Below are positions 35,748-46,138 of a DNA stretch of 64,000 bases, one piece after another. The position numbers were made by a program, and so were the translations under genes. This stretch comes from a virus, in the IMG/VR virus record IMGVR_UViG_3300010413_000005, positions 32,001 to 96,000 of that record; one strand, given 5' to 3'. Within the stretch, counting starts at the first letter, position 1, and the number at the start of each line of letters is the position of its first letter. The notes under the pieces are model-generated. The model saw only the letters and a program-made list of their open reading frames with translations, did not search any database and was not told the DNA's origin.

Positions 35748-37916
35748 CTATGCCTGTTGAATTGTTATATTTATGTTGACCGCTACCGGCAATTCATCTT
35801 GGTTCAAGGCTATGTCGGAAGAAGGAATCGATATGGTCACGTCTTGTATCTCTTCGTTGGTGTCGAATATCTCGTGATACAATCTACGCAAGGAGATGGT
35901 TCCTCCGAAATTCCATTCATAAGTCACTCCGTCGCTCTTCAACGCTTCCGGACGTATAATTTGTAACAAACGATTGCTTATGGATTCCGCGGTGACGGTA
36001 TCCGGAGCCGTTACGACAGCGGTGATATCGACCGTTTTGGGTGTGTATGATACCGATGTGACTTGTGTATTGGTTGTGATGTGTTTTTCTTTTATCGGAG
36101 TCGAATACAAATCGCCGTTGAAGTATTCATCCAATTCGGCCAACTGGGCAGAAGTAGGTTGTCCGCCTCCGGCGCCCACCACTATCAATTTCAATGTTTT
36201 GGGTCCGAATCCTTCTTCTACATACGTCGCTCTGCTGAAAGGGCGCGAACCGTCGCTGGCCACGAACGAGGTGGTAAGAGTAACTGCGTCGGACGGACTC
36301 AAAGCCACTTCTTTGATTCTCAAAGATGCCGGCCCTGCTATTTTGGCTTGTTCAAGACTTTCTTCGGTCGCGCCCTCCGCTTCTTTCCATCCGGTCGCCT
36401 GTCTCGGATTCCAAATCGAATTCACGTAAGTCAACCCGGTCTTGTCTATGACCACCGTGTTGGCGCCTACGTTTCCGTCGTTGTTGGCGTCGACTCTGTA
36501 CGATAGAGAGATATTTCCCTGTCCCACCGGAGGAATCGCTCCGTTGTTTCCATCTCCGAATACGATGGTTGCCCGATCGTTCTCTCCGAGTTCTATTCTG
36601 TAATGTTTGCTTTGCGACGTGCTGCTGAGGAAATTATCTACTCTTGTCCACTCTTCGCTGTCCACGGTCAGAATTGTGTAAGTAGAACTGTCTATGAAGT
36701 AATCTCGAGTAGTTTGAAACCTTTGGTTGGAGTCTCCTGTGGATGAACCTAGTGGATCATCTTCGACGCTACGACCTTGTGTAGCGCTGGCCAGAGCGTA
36801 TTGTTTCCCGGTGTCTATTCTGACTCTTTTCAAAGTCGGATTGGTTCCTCCGGTAGAAGTTATCGTTCTCCATCTAATCCAATACGCAGTTGTTCCATTG
36901 ATCGCCGTCTTCTGCCAATTCAACAGCTCGGTCTGCGGTAAAGTGTATTCCAACGCTCCGTCAACAGTCAAATCGGTCGTGTTGTCTACAAAATCGATTC
37001 CGGCCGCTTCCAGTTCCTGCCATTGAGTTCCGACCACGTAATCGTTTATGTCAGTAGACGGAGTAGTTTGTCCGAGAAGTCCTGTGGTAGCTATGTTCGC
37101 GGTTCCTGTCCAAGTGGAAACCACGTCTTCATAGGCTCCGGTATCGTGGCAACGAACTCTGACCACCGCTCCGTTTCTGTTGGACGATCCCAGCAATCCG
37201 GTCAAATTGAAAGTCAATTGAGAACCGCCATCAATTACCGAATCAGGCTGTATATCGTCCCAATCTCCGTCGAAGAACTCCCATATGCCATTGATGTTGG
37301 CCATCGCCGTATCTACGTCGAAATCCAATTCATTCCACATTACAGAGTCGTGTCCGAAGTAGACCTTATCGCCGGCCGCGTCGATATCCGGAGTCCAGTT
37401 GGTTCCAGCATTGGCAGCGGTGGTGTGATCGGTGAACGCTCCGGCGCTGGATTCTCGATAAACCGCAGTCAACTGGTCGGTTCTGGAAATGGTAACAGCT
37501 GTTAGGCACTCGAACGGTATAGGCTCCGCGTCTGCTTGTGATCTAGTCGCCGCTTGGGCATCTTCGGATATCAATTCGAACGACGTGCTGAAAGGTTTGC
37601 TCAATTCGTAAATCAAGTCGACGTTCGCCGGAGTCGCCGAACTCAACTCGTAATCGATCAATCGTAACATATCTCTAACAGTTTCGGTCAAACTTGCAGT
37701 GGGCAGCGTGTTTTCGTTCGCTACCATATCCAGGAGAGTATTATTCAAATGTCCTACGCACGCGAACGCTCTTAACAATTGGATGAACGGTTCGAAGTCG
37801 CTTTCGTCTGTCAATTCCGGAACGTTTTGGCGTTTGAATTGGATCAAAGCTTCTAACAGCTGCGGATAATAATACGCAGCGTAGTTGAAGAATGGTACCT
37901 GTATTGTGCGAGCCAT
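35748..37916 (-). CDS. Baseplate J-like wedge protein
   Basis: ENTLPTA...LRLIDYEL, IVFGDGNNGAIPP, SYRV..GNVGAN, GATEESLEQAK. Confidence 0.88.
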   Translation of the reverse strand: MARTIQVPFFNYAAYYYPQLLEALIQFKRQNVPELTDESDFEPFIQLLRAFACVGHLNNTLLDMVANENTLPTASLTETVRDMLRLIDYELSSATPANVDLIYELSKPFSTSFELISEDAQAATRSQADAEPIPFECLTAVTISRTDQLTAVYRESSAGAFTDHTTAANAGTNWTPDIDAAGDKVYFGHDSVMWNELDFDVDTAMANINGIWEFFDGDWDDIQPDSVIDGGSQLTFNLTGLLGSSNRNGAVVRVRCHDTGAYEDVVSTWTGTANIATTGLLGQTTPSTDINDYVVGTQWQELEAAGIDFVDNTTDLTVDGALEYTLPQTELLNWQKTAINGTTAYWIRWRTITSTGGTNPTLKRVRIDTGKQYALASATQGRSVEDDPLGSSTGDSNQRFQTTRDYFIDSSTYTILTVDSEEWTRVDNFLSSTSQSKHYRIELGENDRATIVFGDGNNGAIPPVGQGNISLSYRVDANNDGNVGANTVVIDKTGLTYVNSIWNPRQATGWKEAEGATEESLEQAKIAGPASLRIKEVALSPSDAVTLTTSFVASDGSRPFSRATYVEEGFGPKTLKLIVVGAGGGQPTSAQLAELDEYFNGDLYSTPIKEKHITTNTQVTSVSYTPKTVDITAVVTAPDTVTAESISNRLLQIIRPEALKSDGVTYEWNFGGTISLRRLYHEIFDTNEEIQDVTISIPSSDIALNQDELPVAVNINITIQQA

Positions 37917-37929
37917 ATCGAACTCCGTT

Positions 37930-38307
37930 CTACACGTTGTTATACGATAACCTGAATTCCTTCTCTTCGTCGCTTTCTAAGCACAAATACGTGAATTTCA
38001 TAGTCGTAGTTTGCTCTTCCGAATCCTCTTCCCAAGTTATCGTGTCTTGTCGCAGCGTGAATCTTTCTTGCGCTTCGAATCTCCTAAACATTTCTATGAC
38101 TTTTCTCTGTATGGCCGAACGCGTAACCGGATCGTTGATAGAGAATATCATATCCTCTCCCAATCCTATATTTTGTTGAAAAGCGTTCTCGTTATCGTCA
38201 GATCCCAAGGCTAAAGAGATGATTTTCAAATCGTTGTCGTCGCCTTCTACCAACGCGGCGCCTCCGTCCGGCCCTACTCCTACTGGTATTTTCAATCCCT
38301 TTGGCAT
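37930..38307 (-). CDS. Baseplate wedge gp25/gpW-like protein
   Basis: Start at MPKGLKIP after a GGAG RBS; GLGEDMIFSIND...FEAQER; position upstream of J. Confidence 0.7.
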   Translation of the reverse strand: MPKGLKIPVGVGPDGGAALVEGDDNDLKIISLALGSDDNENAFQQNIGLGEDMIFSINDPVTRSAIQRKVIEMFRRFEAQERFTLRQDTITWEEDSEEQTTTMKFTYLCLESDEEKEFRLSYNNV

Positions 38308-38315
38308 TTCTTCTC

Positions 38316-38651
38316 CTAATCTATCGGGCAAATGGGAACGATTGGGATATCCGGCAATGATGGGAACGCCGGAACTCCCGGAATCGGATTCGGAATGGAA
38401 AACGACGGAGGCGTGGGCAATGTATACGGAACGTCTATGTCCAATATGGGAGGGATCGGCAACTCCGGAGGGAACGCCGGAACTCCCGGAATCGGATTCG
38501 GGATCGAAAATGAAGGAATGGTAGGTAATGGGAATGGAACGTCTATGTCCAATATGGGAGGGATCGGCAACTCCGGAGGGAACGCCGGAACTCCCGGAAT
38601 CGGATTCGGGATCGACAAAGTCGGATATCCTGGAAAATTGCAATTGCTCAT
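38316..38651 (-). CDS. Proline-rich repeat protein (111 aa)
   Basis: Start MSNCNFPG with ATGA overlap to the spike gene; 36-aa repeats SIPNPIPGVPAFPPELPIPPILDIDVP. Confidence 0.7.
   Translation of the reverse strand: MSNCNFPGYPTLSIPNPIPGVPAFPPELPIPPILDIDVPFPLPTIPSFSIPNPIPGVPAFPPELPIPPILDIDVPYTLPTPPSFSIPNPIPGVPAFPSLPDIPIVPICPID
38362..38612. repeat. 108-bp near-identical tandem repeat (~2.4 copies)
   Basis: gggaacgccggaactcccggaatcggattcgg recurs near 38362, 38470 and 38578. Confidence 0.9.
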
Positions 38652-39556
38652 TGCGTAAATACCTTCAAACTCATTGCCGTTTGCATTTGCGTCAAGAAAG
38701 TGGCGGTGGCCGTTACAAACGTTGCCAAACCAGCAGGCGGAGATGGAACGCAAGTTCCCAATACGGTAGTCAAAGCGGTCGTCCAAGTAGTCATAGCGGC
38801 GAAGAATAGCGTGCCCATGATAACGGGTTGAATCGCGGGTTGGCCTCCGAGTTGCATTTTGCCCGCTTCCAACACTGCATCGGCGCAACTAACCGTCAAT
38901 CCGGCTTGTGCCAAAATCTGCATATTTCCTCCCTTGATGTCTATCAAACTTCCACTCTTATCGACGACTTTCAAACCGTCCGAATTGGAGCTGTACATAT
39001 TGCCGTGTTGATCTATGATCGTCAATTCTCCGTCCTTGGCATTCATATATATTGTGTGTCCAGTGTGAGTTCCGATAACGATCGAACCATTCTCGTCCAT
39101 GCCAAAATACGATTTTTTATTATCCTCGTTGTTCCATGTGACGGATATCTTTCTTTTTCCATCTGTGTCGTCAAATACGACAACGTGCCCTCCCGGAGTG
39201 GCGAATCCGCGACGTTTGCCGTAATTGGTGAGGAAATCAGGAGGAACCGGAGTCGGAGCTTCGCCTTCTTCGTTACCGAAGTATCTTTTTCCAACCCATT
39301 TGGCATCCAAGTTGTCAATCGAAGCTTGTCCATATTGTTCATCTTCGTCGGAACCGGTTACCACTTCTATCTCAACAATCTCTCCGACATCGGGCACTAT
39401 GAACATTCCCCAACCCAAAACCGGTTCGATCCACATGGGCAGATCACTTTCTTCGTCTCCCAGCAGACCAGAACACGCCACCCTTATTCGCCCTCTCTGT
39501 TCCGGATCGTCTATCGAAGTCACAGTCGCCGGATATCTTTCAGTTGTCATCGACAT
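38648..39556 (-). CDS. Baseplate central spike (gpV/gp5 OB-fold)
   Basis: VTSIDDPEQRGRIRV, FIVPDVGEIVEIE, TPGGHVVVFDD beta repeats. Confidence 0.88.
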   Translation of the reverse strand: MSMTTERYPATVTSIDDPEQRGRIRVACSGLLGDEESDLPMWIEPVLGWGMFIVPDVGEIVEIEVVTGSDEDEQYGQASIDNLDAKWVGKRYFGNEEGEAPTPVPPDFLTNYGKRRGFATPGGHVVVFDDTDGKRKISVTWNNEDNKKSYFGMDENGSIVIGTHTGHTIYMNAKDGELTIIDQHGNMYSSNSDGLKVVDKSGSLIDIKGGNMQILAQAGLTVSCADAVLEAGKMQLGGQPAIQPVIMGTLFFAAMTTWTTALTTVLGTCVPSPPAGLATFVTATATFLTQMQTAMSLKVFTQ

Positions 39557-39564
39557 AAATTACC

Positions 39565-40845
39565 TCACGGCAGTTTAGGAACTATCTTGCTCGCATTGAA
39601 ATCGCAAAGATAACCTCCTCCATCAGCGTTGAATTTGTGAGCAACTCTTGTGAAATAGTATTCTCCGCTCAAGCTTTTGCCCACTCCGTCTATGTTGTGT
39701 GTCTGTCTAGACATCAAAGTCTCGGTCCCGATTGTGGTTCCGCTCGAGAGCATGAAATTCTGTCTTTGTCTCCTATACCATTGTTTAGCCCAAGCTACCA
39801 AATCGGCTTCATCCGTAAAGCGACGATTAGCGACCGCTTCGAAACTGTATTCTCCTATGAACAATTTGATATCGCTACCTGTGGTGTGTTCTTCTTCTAT
39901 TGCTTGATCGACGACTTTCAACGTATCGCCGGAAACCGTGACTAACGTTTCCGGAGAATTGTCGTTTGTTTCTTCGATGTTTACTTCCATGATTTTGCCG
40001 GTTCTGACGTTTTTGGTTTGAACCGTTATTTGTGTAATCGCGTCTTGTATCACCAGCTCCGGTTCGAACGACAGAAGAGAAGAAAAGTCTCCTGCGTTGT
40101 ACTTGAACGTGTACACCTTTTCTTGCAAATCGGAACGGCTCAATTTATCTGGATCTTTGAAATGTAAAATCCAGGTTCCGTCTTCGTCCGCGTCCACCCA
40201 AAAGATAAATCCGGTCAAATTGGATATGCCTTGGACAAAATCAAAATCCTTCAATCCCACTTTCTGTATGAAATCATGAGGAGCGTCATGCGTTTGATCA
40301 ACATCGGTAGCGAATCCGTAATCTCGAGCGCGATCGATTACCGCGTCGCTGAAACGAACGTCTTTGAATCGCCGGCCGCCTTTGCCCTTCTTTTTTTTGG
40401 ACTTCTTAGGAGCGCTAATCATTTCCGAATCTCTTGTATATCCCACCCATTCTATGAATGGAATATCGCCTTGCGGAAACGAAGGATGGACACGACGTAT
40501 CACCACAGATCCAATGTATTTGGTTTGCGCTCCGTATCCCATGCGAATGGACACTGTGTTTCCGGGTTGAAACAATTTTGAATCTATCAAACTCTCTACG
40601 TCTCCGGTTCCGGAACCTCCAATTCCGCCTATGCTGGCTGCCAATTTGGGAGGAATCATGGATGGAGCGATAACTACACCCTTGGCCATATCTGCCATTC
40701 CGTCGGTGCTTTCGTATTCCAATGTCTTCACCAGTCTGCGAATACCTTCCGGAACCGCTACGCCTTCGATGTACAAATCGAAATTGGGAGCATTCGAACT
40801 GACGTCGTCGGTCAACGGGTTATCTACCGAACTCAATATCATCAA
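39565..40845 (-). CDS. Baseplate hub (gpD/gp27-like)
   Basis: FQPGNTVSIRMGY, DFDFVQGIS..GFIFWV, GVGKSLSGEYYFTRVAHKF. Confidence 0.82.
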   Translation of the reverse strand: MMILSSVDNPLTDDVSSNAPNFDLYIEGVAVPEGIRRLVKTLEYESTDGMADMAKGVVIAPSMIPPKLAASIGGIGGSGTGDVESLIDSKLFQPGNTVSIRMGYGAQTKYIGSVVIRRVHPSFPQGDIPFIEWVGYTRDSEMISAPKKSKKKKGKGGRRFKDVRFSDAVIDRARDYGFATDVDQTHDAPHDFIQKVGLKDFDFVQGISNLTGFIFWVDADEDGTWILHFKDPDKLSRSDLQEKVYTFKYNAGDFSSLLSFEPELVIQDAITQITVQTKNVRTGKIMEVNIEETNDNSPETLVTVSGDTLKVVDQAIEEEHTTGSDIKLFIGEYSFEAVANRRFTDEADLVAWAKQWYRRQRQNFMLSSGTTIGTETLMSRQTHNIDGVGKSLSGEYYFTRVAHKFNADGGGYLCDFNASKIVPKLP

Positions 40846-41663
40846 TACGCTCCGCTGGTTGATGGTTGCAATACGTGAGATACATATGATCCGCCGTTTC
40901 GCTCGAGAAACAATATGCGCAATCTTCTTTGGGCCGTGTCCTTTCTACCGAAAGCGGTTTTCAACGTGGTCGAAGTCTGCTCTATTTTCTTACTTTTGAT
41001 TCCGTTGATAGCAGGTAGCGCTACCGTATTTCCGCTGGCCAACAACTGTAATTTGGGATGATTCTTTCTGATTACGTCTCCCAACATCGGATTGTTGTAT
41101 TCTCTGTAAGCCAACAATTCATAGTATTCTCCGTCCTTTACTCGGTGGTATCTAGTGTCGGTTTCCTCTTCGTCGCTCAAACTGTACGGAGTAAATTGTA
41201 AAAGAGTCAATCCAAAAGAAACGCTTCTCAACCCTCCGAACCGGTCCGCGCGACCGTAAGATATGTCAGATATTCCGGTAATGACGCAAGTTTGTTCGAA
41301 GTAGCCATCGCCTACCGATATCTGCAATATCGGAGGTCGACGTAACTTCTTGTCCATCTTGATCCAACTCTTCAGCTTGTCCAATTTCTTCTTCGGAGAT
41401 TCGTCCAAAGAGTGCAGTTTGTAGAATTGAGATCTGAATGAAACGGTATCGTTGTTGCCGTTCACGAATTGGATAACGGAATGTTCCCGATTGAAACCCT
41501 TGTGCTGCGCATAATTTGTGGATAGATTCTCGCTCAAATCCTCCGGCTCAAATTGCCCCTTCAACGTATCGCCGGAATCCAAATTGCGTAGAGACCAAAC
41601 CGTATCGTTGGAAATCAACGACGATAATATGGCCAATCCTGTTCCTGCAAATGAGGTAGCCAC
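40842..41663 (-). CDS. Tail tube initiator with LysM-like domain
   Basis: GQFEPEDL..YAQH; YHRVKDGEYYELLAYREY..IRKNHP; directly after the tape measure gene. Confidence 0.72.
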   Translation of the reverse strand: MATSFAGTGLAILSSLISNDTVWSLRNLDSGDTLKGQFEPEDLSENLSTNYAQHKGFNREHSVIQFVNGNNDTVSFRSQFYKLHSLDESPKKKLDKLKSWIKMDKKLRRPPILQISVGDGYFEQTCVITGISDISYGRADRFGGLRSVSFGLTLLQFTPYSLSDEEETDTRYHRVKDGEYYELLAYREYNNPMLGDVIRKNHPKLQLLASGNTVALPAINGIKSKKIEQTSTTLKTAFGRKDTAQRRLRILFLERNGGSYVSHVLQPSTSGAY

Positions 41664-41674
41664 TATTTCACCTC

Positions 41675-44098
41675 TTACGCCGGAGACGCTCCGTGTTCCA
41701 GCGCTATCCTTCGAGCGTACGGCTTTGCTTTGAATCCAGCACGCTCATGTATTTGTTGCTTGTGTCTGGAGGACGCGACCGAGATTGCTCGACTATCCAC
41801 CTTCAAACTGTTATCAATCTGCAGACATCTCTTATCTTCCAGATTGACGTTGGCTTCTACTTTGGGCTCCTTCAAAGTGGCTCCCTTGCCCTCCGCAGCT
41901 CGAGCGGCGATTTCTTGTGCAACCTGTGTAGCCGATTTGCCTTCGGTAGCCAACGCCGTTTCTTTGAAGGTATCCATCAATTTCTCTTCGGGAGTCCTTA
42001 TTTTCGGTTTTGTCACCTCCGCTTTCGTTTCTTTGACTATCCTGAAAGTTCCTTGTTTGGAGAATTCACGGAGTTCTTTCGGTATCGGGAAATTGATAGC
42101 ATCTGCCGCTTTGACTATCAATTTGATCATAGAAACCAGACCGTTTACGATATCCTCCAAGATAAATTTACCTATCTCTTTGAAAACGTTCAGGACCGGT
42201 TTGGCGAACTCTAACAGATTTCCCAAACCCATCGCTATCATTCCAAATACGATTCCTACCACTTTCCCGATTATCTTGAACGTTCCGATGAATAACGGCT
42301 TCAAAAATGACATGGCTTGTGCGAATCCGTCGTACATTTCCTTGGCCATGGCTATGACGTACTGTATGAATCCGACTACTTTCACTTTCAAGAATTCGAC
42401 TGCCGGAGCGGCGAACTCCATAAATGCGTCAGCTCCGGCGATAATCGCTTCTTTCATGTGTAGCCAAGCGAGAACTGCCACTCCTATCGCGGCCAACACG
42501 GGCAAAACGAATACGCTCGAGAATAACGCTGCTACAAATCCGATTACGGCGCCGATCGCCGATATCGCCGGAACCAACACGGTCGTGATAAAGAAGACTA
42601 TTCCACCCAATCCCAGCAAGACCGGAGCGAGCGCTCCGGCGAATATCACAAACATGGTGACGATTTTGGCTATGGATTTCACTCCGCCCTTGCCCAAATC
42701 CATTCCGAACTTTTGAGCCAAAGAAGTGACGTACGAACGGACCGTGACGATGGTGTTTTTCAAAGTCAAGAACGCTTCTCGAATCCCCATCGCTATTTGC
42801 ACAACTGTGGACCCTGCCTCGTCTGCGGTCTTTTCTGTCAAACCAGTTTCGGAATTCAATTCCTGTAACACTGTAACTATGCTGCTGAGTCCTTTGACCG
42901 CGGATTTTGATCCTCCGGATAACGTGTCGATTAGCAATCCGCCCACTTCGATGTTGAATCCTTCGACCGCGGACTTGAGTAAGGTAATTTGTCCTTGGAA
43001 CGTATCCAAGCGACGTTCGGCCATTCTTTTAGCGACACCATCGGCTTTTTGAAGTTCTTCGACCAATCCGGTGAACTTGCCTTGTTCGAGCGCCGTCTCC
43101 ATAGCGCCCACCGCTTTTTGGCCACGGACACCGAATATCTCGGTCATCATCGCCGCGCGTTTGGTTTTACTGGTGATTTTAGACAATCCGGTTTCGAACG
43201 ATTTCATCGTACGAATGGTGTCGATGGAACCGTCTTTGAATTCGTATACCGAACCTCCCAATTGTCGCATATATTCTTGCGCCTTTTCGGACGGTTTGGT
43301 CAATTTGATCAGCATATTCGTGAAACTTGTGCCGGCGATCGATCCTTTCAAACCTGCGTCTGCGAGCACTCCGAGTATTCCGGAGGTCGTTTCGAGCGGA
43401 ACGCCCATCGTTTTGGCTTGTGTGGAAGCGTATCGGAACGCTTCTCCGAGTTGGGATATGTTCGTGTTGGTTCGAGCGGAGGTCAAAGCCAACACATCCG
43501 CGACTCGAGTAGTTTGATCCGCTTGTAGACCCATCCCCTTCAAGACGCTGGCTACAATATCGGTCGCCTCCGCCAAATCCATGCCTTCGGCTGCGGCCGC
43601 GTTCATTACGCCGTCCAGACCGGTGATGATTTCCGAAGCGTTGAAACCGGCCCTGGCCATATATTGCATGGCTTCGGATGATTGGGTGGCCGAGAAGACG
43701 GTAGTGGCACCCATTTGTTTGGCTTTGAGTTCCAAACGCGACATGTCCTTGTCGGACACATCCAGCAAAATGGCACCTACGTTTGCCATTCCCTGTTCGA
43801 AATCTGCGGCCTGCTTTACCGCAAAGCCTAGACCTGCAGCAGCTGGCAACGCAGCTACGCCAGCACCTCGCAGCGCGGTGCCCATTTGTTTGACAGCTCC
43901 GCCCAACTTGCCCGCAGCGCCCCTCAACGCCGCGAACGAACTTGTAGCTGCCAAGCCAATTCTATTCAAAGCAGGAGGAACTTGATTCGCCGATCTCACG
44001 AACCGGCCGAATTCGTCCCTTGGCTGCTTCATGGCCCGAACACCTTGGTTGCCGTCGAACGTAAAAACGCCGCCCAAGCCTATTCTTTCCAGGGCCAT
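41675..44098 (-). CDS. Tail tape measure protein (TP901-family core)
   Basis: AADFEQGMANV, ATTVFSATQSSEAMQYMARAG, ADAGLKGSIAGT; hydrophobic segments. Confidence 0.95.
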   Translation of the reverse strand: MALERIGLGGVFTFDGNQGVRAMKQPRDEFGRFVRSANQVPPALNRIGLAATSSFAALRGAAGKLGGAVKQMGTALRGAGVAALPAAAGLGFAVKQAADFEQGMANVGAILLDVSDKDMSRLELKAKQMGATTVFSATQSSEAMQYMARAGFNASEIITGLDGVMNAAAAEGMDLAEATDIVASVLKGMGLQADQTTRVADVLALTSARTNTNISQLGEAFRYASTQAKTMGVPLETTSGILGVLADAGLKGSIAGTSFTNMLIKLTKPSEKAQEYMRQLGGSVYEFKDGSIDTIRTMKSFETGLSKITSKTKRAAMMTEIFGVRGQKAVGAMETALEQGKFTGLVEELQKADGVAKRMAERRLDTFQGQITLLKSAVEGFNIEVGGLLIDTLSGGSKSAVKGLSSIVTVLQELNSETGLTEKTADEAGSTVVQIAMGIREAFLTLKNTIVTVRSYVTSLAQKFGMDLGKGGVKSIAKIVTMFVIFAGALAPVLLGLGGIVFFITTVLVPAISAIGAVIGFVAALFSSVFVLPVLAAIGVAVLAWLHMKEAIIAGADAFMEFAAPAVEFLKVKVVGFIQYVIAMAKEMYDGFAQAMSFLKPLFIGTFKIIGKVVGIVFGMIAMGLGNLLEFAKPVLNVFKEIGKFILEDIVNGLVSMIKLIVKAADAINFPIPKELREFSKQGTFRIVKETKAEVTKPKIRTPEEKLMDTFKETALATEGKSATQVAQEIAARAAEGKGATLKEPKVEANVNLEDKRCLQIDNSLKVDSRAISVASSRHKQQIHERAGFKAKPYARRIALEHGASPA

Positions 44099-44119
44099 GT
44101 GCTACCTTTCTTCGATCTC

Positions 44120-44301
44120 CTATTTCTTCTTCGCCTCTGCTAATTCCTTTTCAAGCTGCCTTTTCAATCTTCTCAAGTGCCAAAATCTTTCTTCGTAATC
44201 CATATCCTGAACAGCTTCCCAAGTCATGCCACTTATGCAATAAGTCAAGGCGAAAGTCTGTTCATACAGATCTTCCCGTCGACTTAACGGGAAGAAATCC
44301 C
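44120..44301 (-). CDS. Tail assembly chaperone frameshift extension (gpT-like, -1 frame)
   Basis: Open -1 frame after the slippery T TTT TTT; GMTWEAVQDMDYEERFW typical of GT C-termini. Confidence 0.75.
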
Positions 44302-45132
44302 AAAAAAATTGTTGTAACTCCAATCCAACGAAATCACGTAATCGTTCGAGTATCCGCATTTGGGACATTTGTCTTTTTTGGTCATCTCTATGGCCATATT
44401 CGGACCCATGTAGTGGATATCGATTTTGTTGATCAGAGACTCCACGTCTCTCTTGGACATATCGTCCAGTTCTCCGGAGATCAACTCGAGCGTATTCGTA
44501 TCGTCGTTGATTCCCTTTATCGAACCGATCATAGCCAATTCCTTGGCTACACTATCGTCTTTAGTGGCGTAGGATTGTTCCGCTATCTCCCAACGCTGAG
44601 GACCGAGAATGAATTTCTTGACCTCTTTACTTCTGATTTCGAACGGATCTTTGAGTTCGTATTCCCATTTTGACGCATCCAAATCGGACGCGTGGTTGAC
44701 TTGCAGAGTCTGCAAATTGGCTTGGTAATCAAATTCAATTCCGCATCGAGGACAAGTGAGTTTCATAGGGACTTCTTCGCCGATACATTGTTTACGAACG
44801 TAAGCGTAAACGTACCACACGTCACCCATGAACATCTGTGAAACGACAAGCTGTTTTTCCGGATGCTGCAGCTTGGTGAAGTCGTGGTTGCCCACCGAAT
44901 TCAGCATATGCGCAACGACTAATCCGGTTTGTTGCGCTACGCTCACCGTTCCCTTGATTTCGTTCCGAAGTTTGCCCAGCTCCTTTTCCTCCTTCATCCT
45001 CCACGGTCTGACGGAGAATTGCTTGGCTAGAGCTCCGGTCGGATCTAAAACGCCTAATGGCAGATTAGCGCCGAGATCTGACATTGTCGTCTTCTCGACG
45101 CCCTTGTTCTTTTTCGATTTCTTCTCAACCAT
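44284..45132 (-). CDS. Tail assembly chaperone (gpG-like)
   Basis: Between tube and tape measure genes; CPRC and CPKC pairs; start at ATG 45132 after GGAGG. Confidence 0.8.
   Translation of the reverse strand: MVEKKSKKNKGVEKTTMSDLGANLPLGVLDPTGALAKQFSVRPWRMKEEKELGKLRNEIKGTVSVAQQTGLVVAHMLNSVGNHDFTKLQHPEKQLVVSQMFMGDVWYVYAYVRKQCIGEEVPMKLTCPRCGIEFDYQANLQTLQVNHASDLDASKWEYELKDPFEIRSKEVKKFILGPQRWEIAEQSYATKDDSVAKELAMIGSIKGINDDTNTLELISGELDDMSKRDVESLINKIDIHYMGPNMAIEMTKKDKCPKCGYSNDYVISLDWSYNNFFGISSR
44302..44308 (-). promoter_or_regulatory. Programmed -1 frameshift slippery site T TTT TTT
   Basis: AAT TTT TTT GGG near the end of the chaperone gene; X XXY YYZ in the correct phase. Confidence 0.72.
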
Positions 45133-45177
45133 CTCGGTTGCCTCCAATCAGCCTTGCGGCCTTGTTAGGTCTACCGT

Positions 45178-45201
45178 TAGGGTCGAACCATTTCGACCCT
45201 A
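45178..45201 (-). terminator. Hairpin immediately 3' of the tail tube gene
   Basis: TAGGGTCGAA-ccat-TTCGACCCTA perfect 10-bp stem; no clear U-tract. Confidence 0.5.
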
Positions 45202-45203
45202 TT

Positions 45204-45641
45204 CTACAACGGCAATACGTCATCAGCGGACATCATATATTCGACGACCGCCATTTCGCCTTCGTTGGCCATCTCCAAATCGGGCAGAGTGCGCTTCTTG
45301 ATAAACACGCCGTTGAGCGTGTAGGTCGCGTTCGCTGATCCGCTGATCGATTTGTGAACCAGATTGACCACTTTCTTGTACGTAGGAGAAACCGGATCTT
45401 GGCATTCGATGTACCAAGCTTCCATCGCTACGCGTTCGACGGTGTGGTGCATGGGAATCTTGATAGAGAACTCCGTGGCTCCTCTATTCCCTCCCGATAC
45501 CACGGTGCGATCCGGCAACTCGTTGGTTTGCAACTCGTCTTCGATTCCGCTCACTTCCACCGCCGTCAACGTCACGAATCCCATCACTCTGACGTCGTAC
45601 TTGTTGACCGGCATGTGGTCTGGTTTGATTGCGCCTTTCAT
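45204..45641 (-). CDS. Tail tube protein (gp19-like)
   Basis: 145 aa downstream of sheath; EVSGIEDE, AWY, YKK, PDLEMANEGEMAV. Confidence 0.85.
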   Translation of the reverse strand: MKGAIKPDHMPVNKYDVRVMGFVTLTAVEVSGIEDELQTNELPDRTVVSGGNRGATEFSIKIPMHHTVERVAMEAWYIECQDPVSPTYKKVVNLVHKSISGSANATYTLNGVFIKKRTLPDLEMANEGEMAVVEYMMSADDVLPL

Positions 45642-45688
45642 AACGTCCTCCTGTGATCGTAATTGTTCCTACGATTGGATTCTTCGGA

Positions 45689-46126
45689 TTACTCTACGGT
45701 AACTCCAGCCATGTGAGCGGTGGCCGAAAGAGCAGCTCCGGCCGTGGGCGCCGCGGTAACGGAAAGCGTGACTACGTCGTTCTCGACCAACGCGACGTCC
45801 AGATCCAAACTCTTGACGGTTCCGTCCGCTTCCGTATTGGCAATGGTCAGCGACCCCTTGGAAACGCCGTTCACCAAAACCGCTACAGTCGTGGAATCGG
45901 CCGTTCCGGTCGTTCCCACGGCGATCTTGAGTTCGCGTAGTTTGCATGCATGGCGTACTACCAATCCGGCGATGACTGCTACCGCGATTGTCGCTTGGTA
46001 AGCGGACAACGGAGAGCCGTCATAAGCCATCTCTTTCAGCACGTCGTACAAACGACTATCCCGAGCGTTCGACTCGTCGAAAAACGCTCCTGCTTCACCT
46101 AGTGATTTCTTCAAAGTGGCGGTCAT
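45689..46126 (-). CDS. Hypothetical virion protein (beta-rich)
   Basis: Between sheath and tube; AGGAGG RBS; Ala/Val/Thr-rich beta pattern. Confidence 0.7.
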   Translation of the reverse strand: MTATLKKSLGEAGAFFDESNARDSRLYDVLKEMAYDGSPLSAYQATIAVAVIAGLVVRHACKLRELKIAVGTTGTADSTTVAVLVNGVSKGSLTIANTEADGTVKSLDLDVALVENDVVTLSVTAAPTAGAALSATAHMAGVTVE

Positions 46127-46138
46127 CAGAATCCTCCT

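Noticed and set aside
38308-38643. N-terminal extension of ORF 37930..38643
   Set aside because: Alternate-frame read of the Pro-rich repeat gene; RBS and sequence support a start at 38307.
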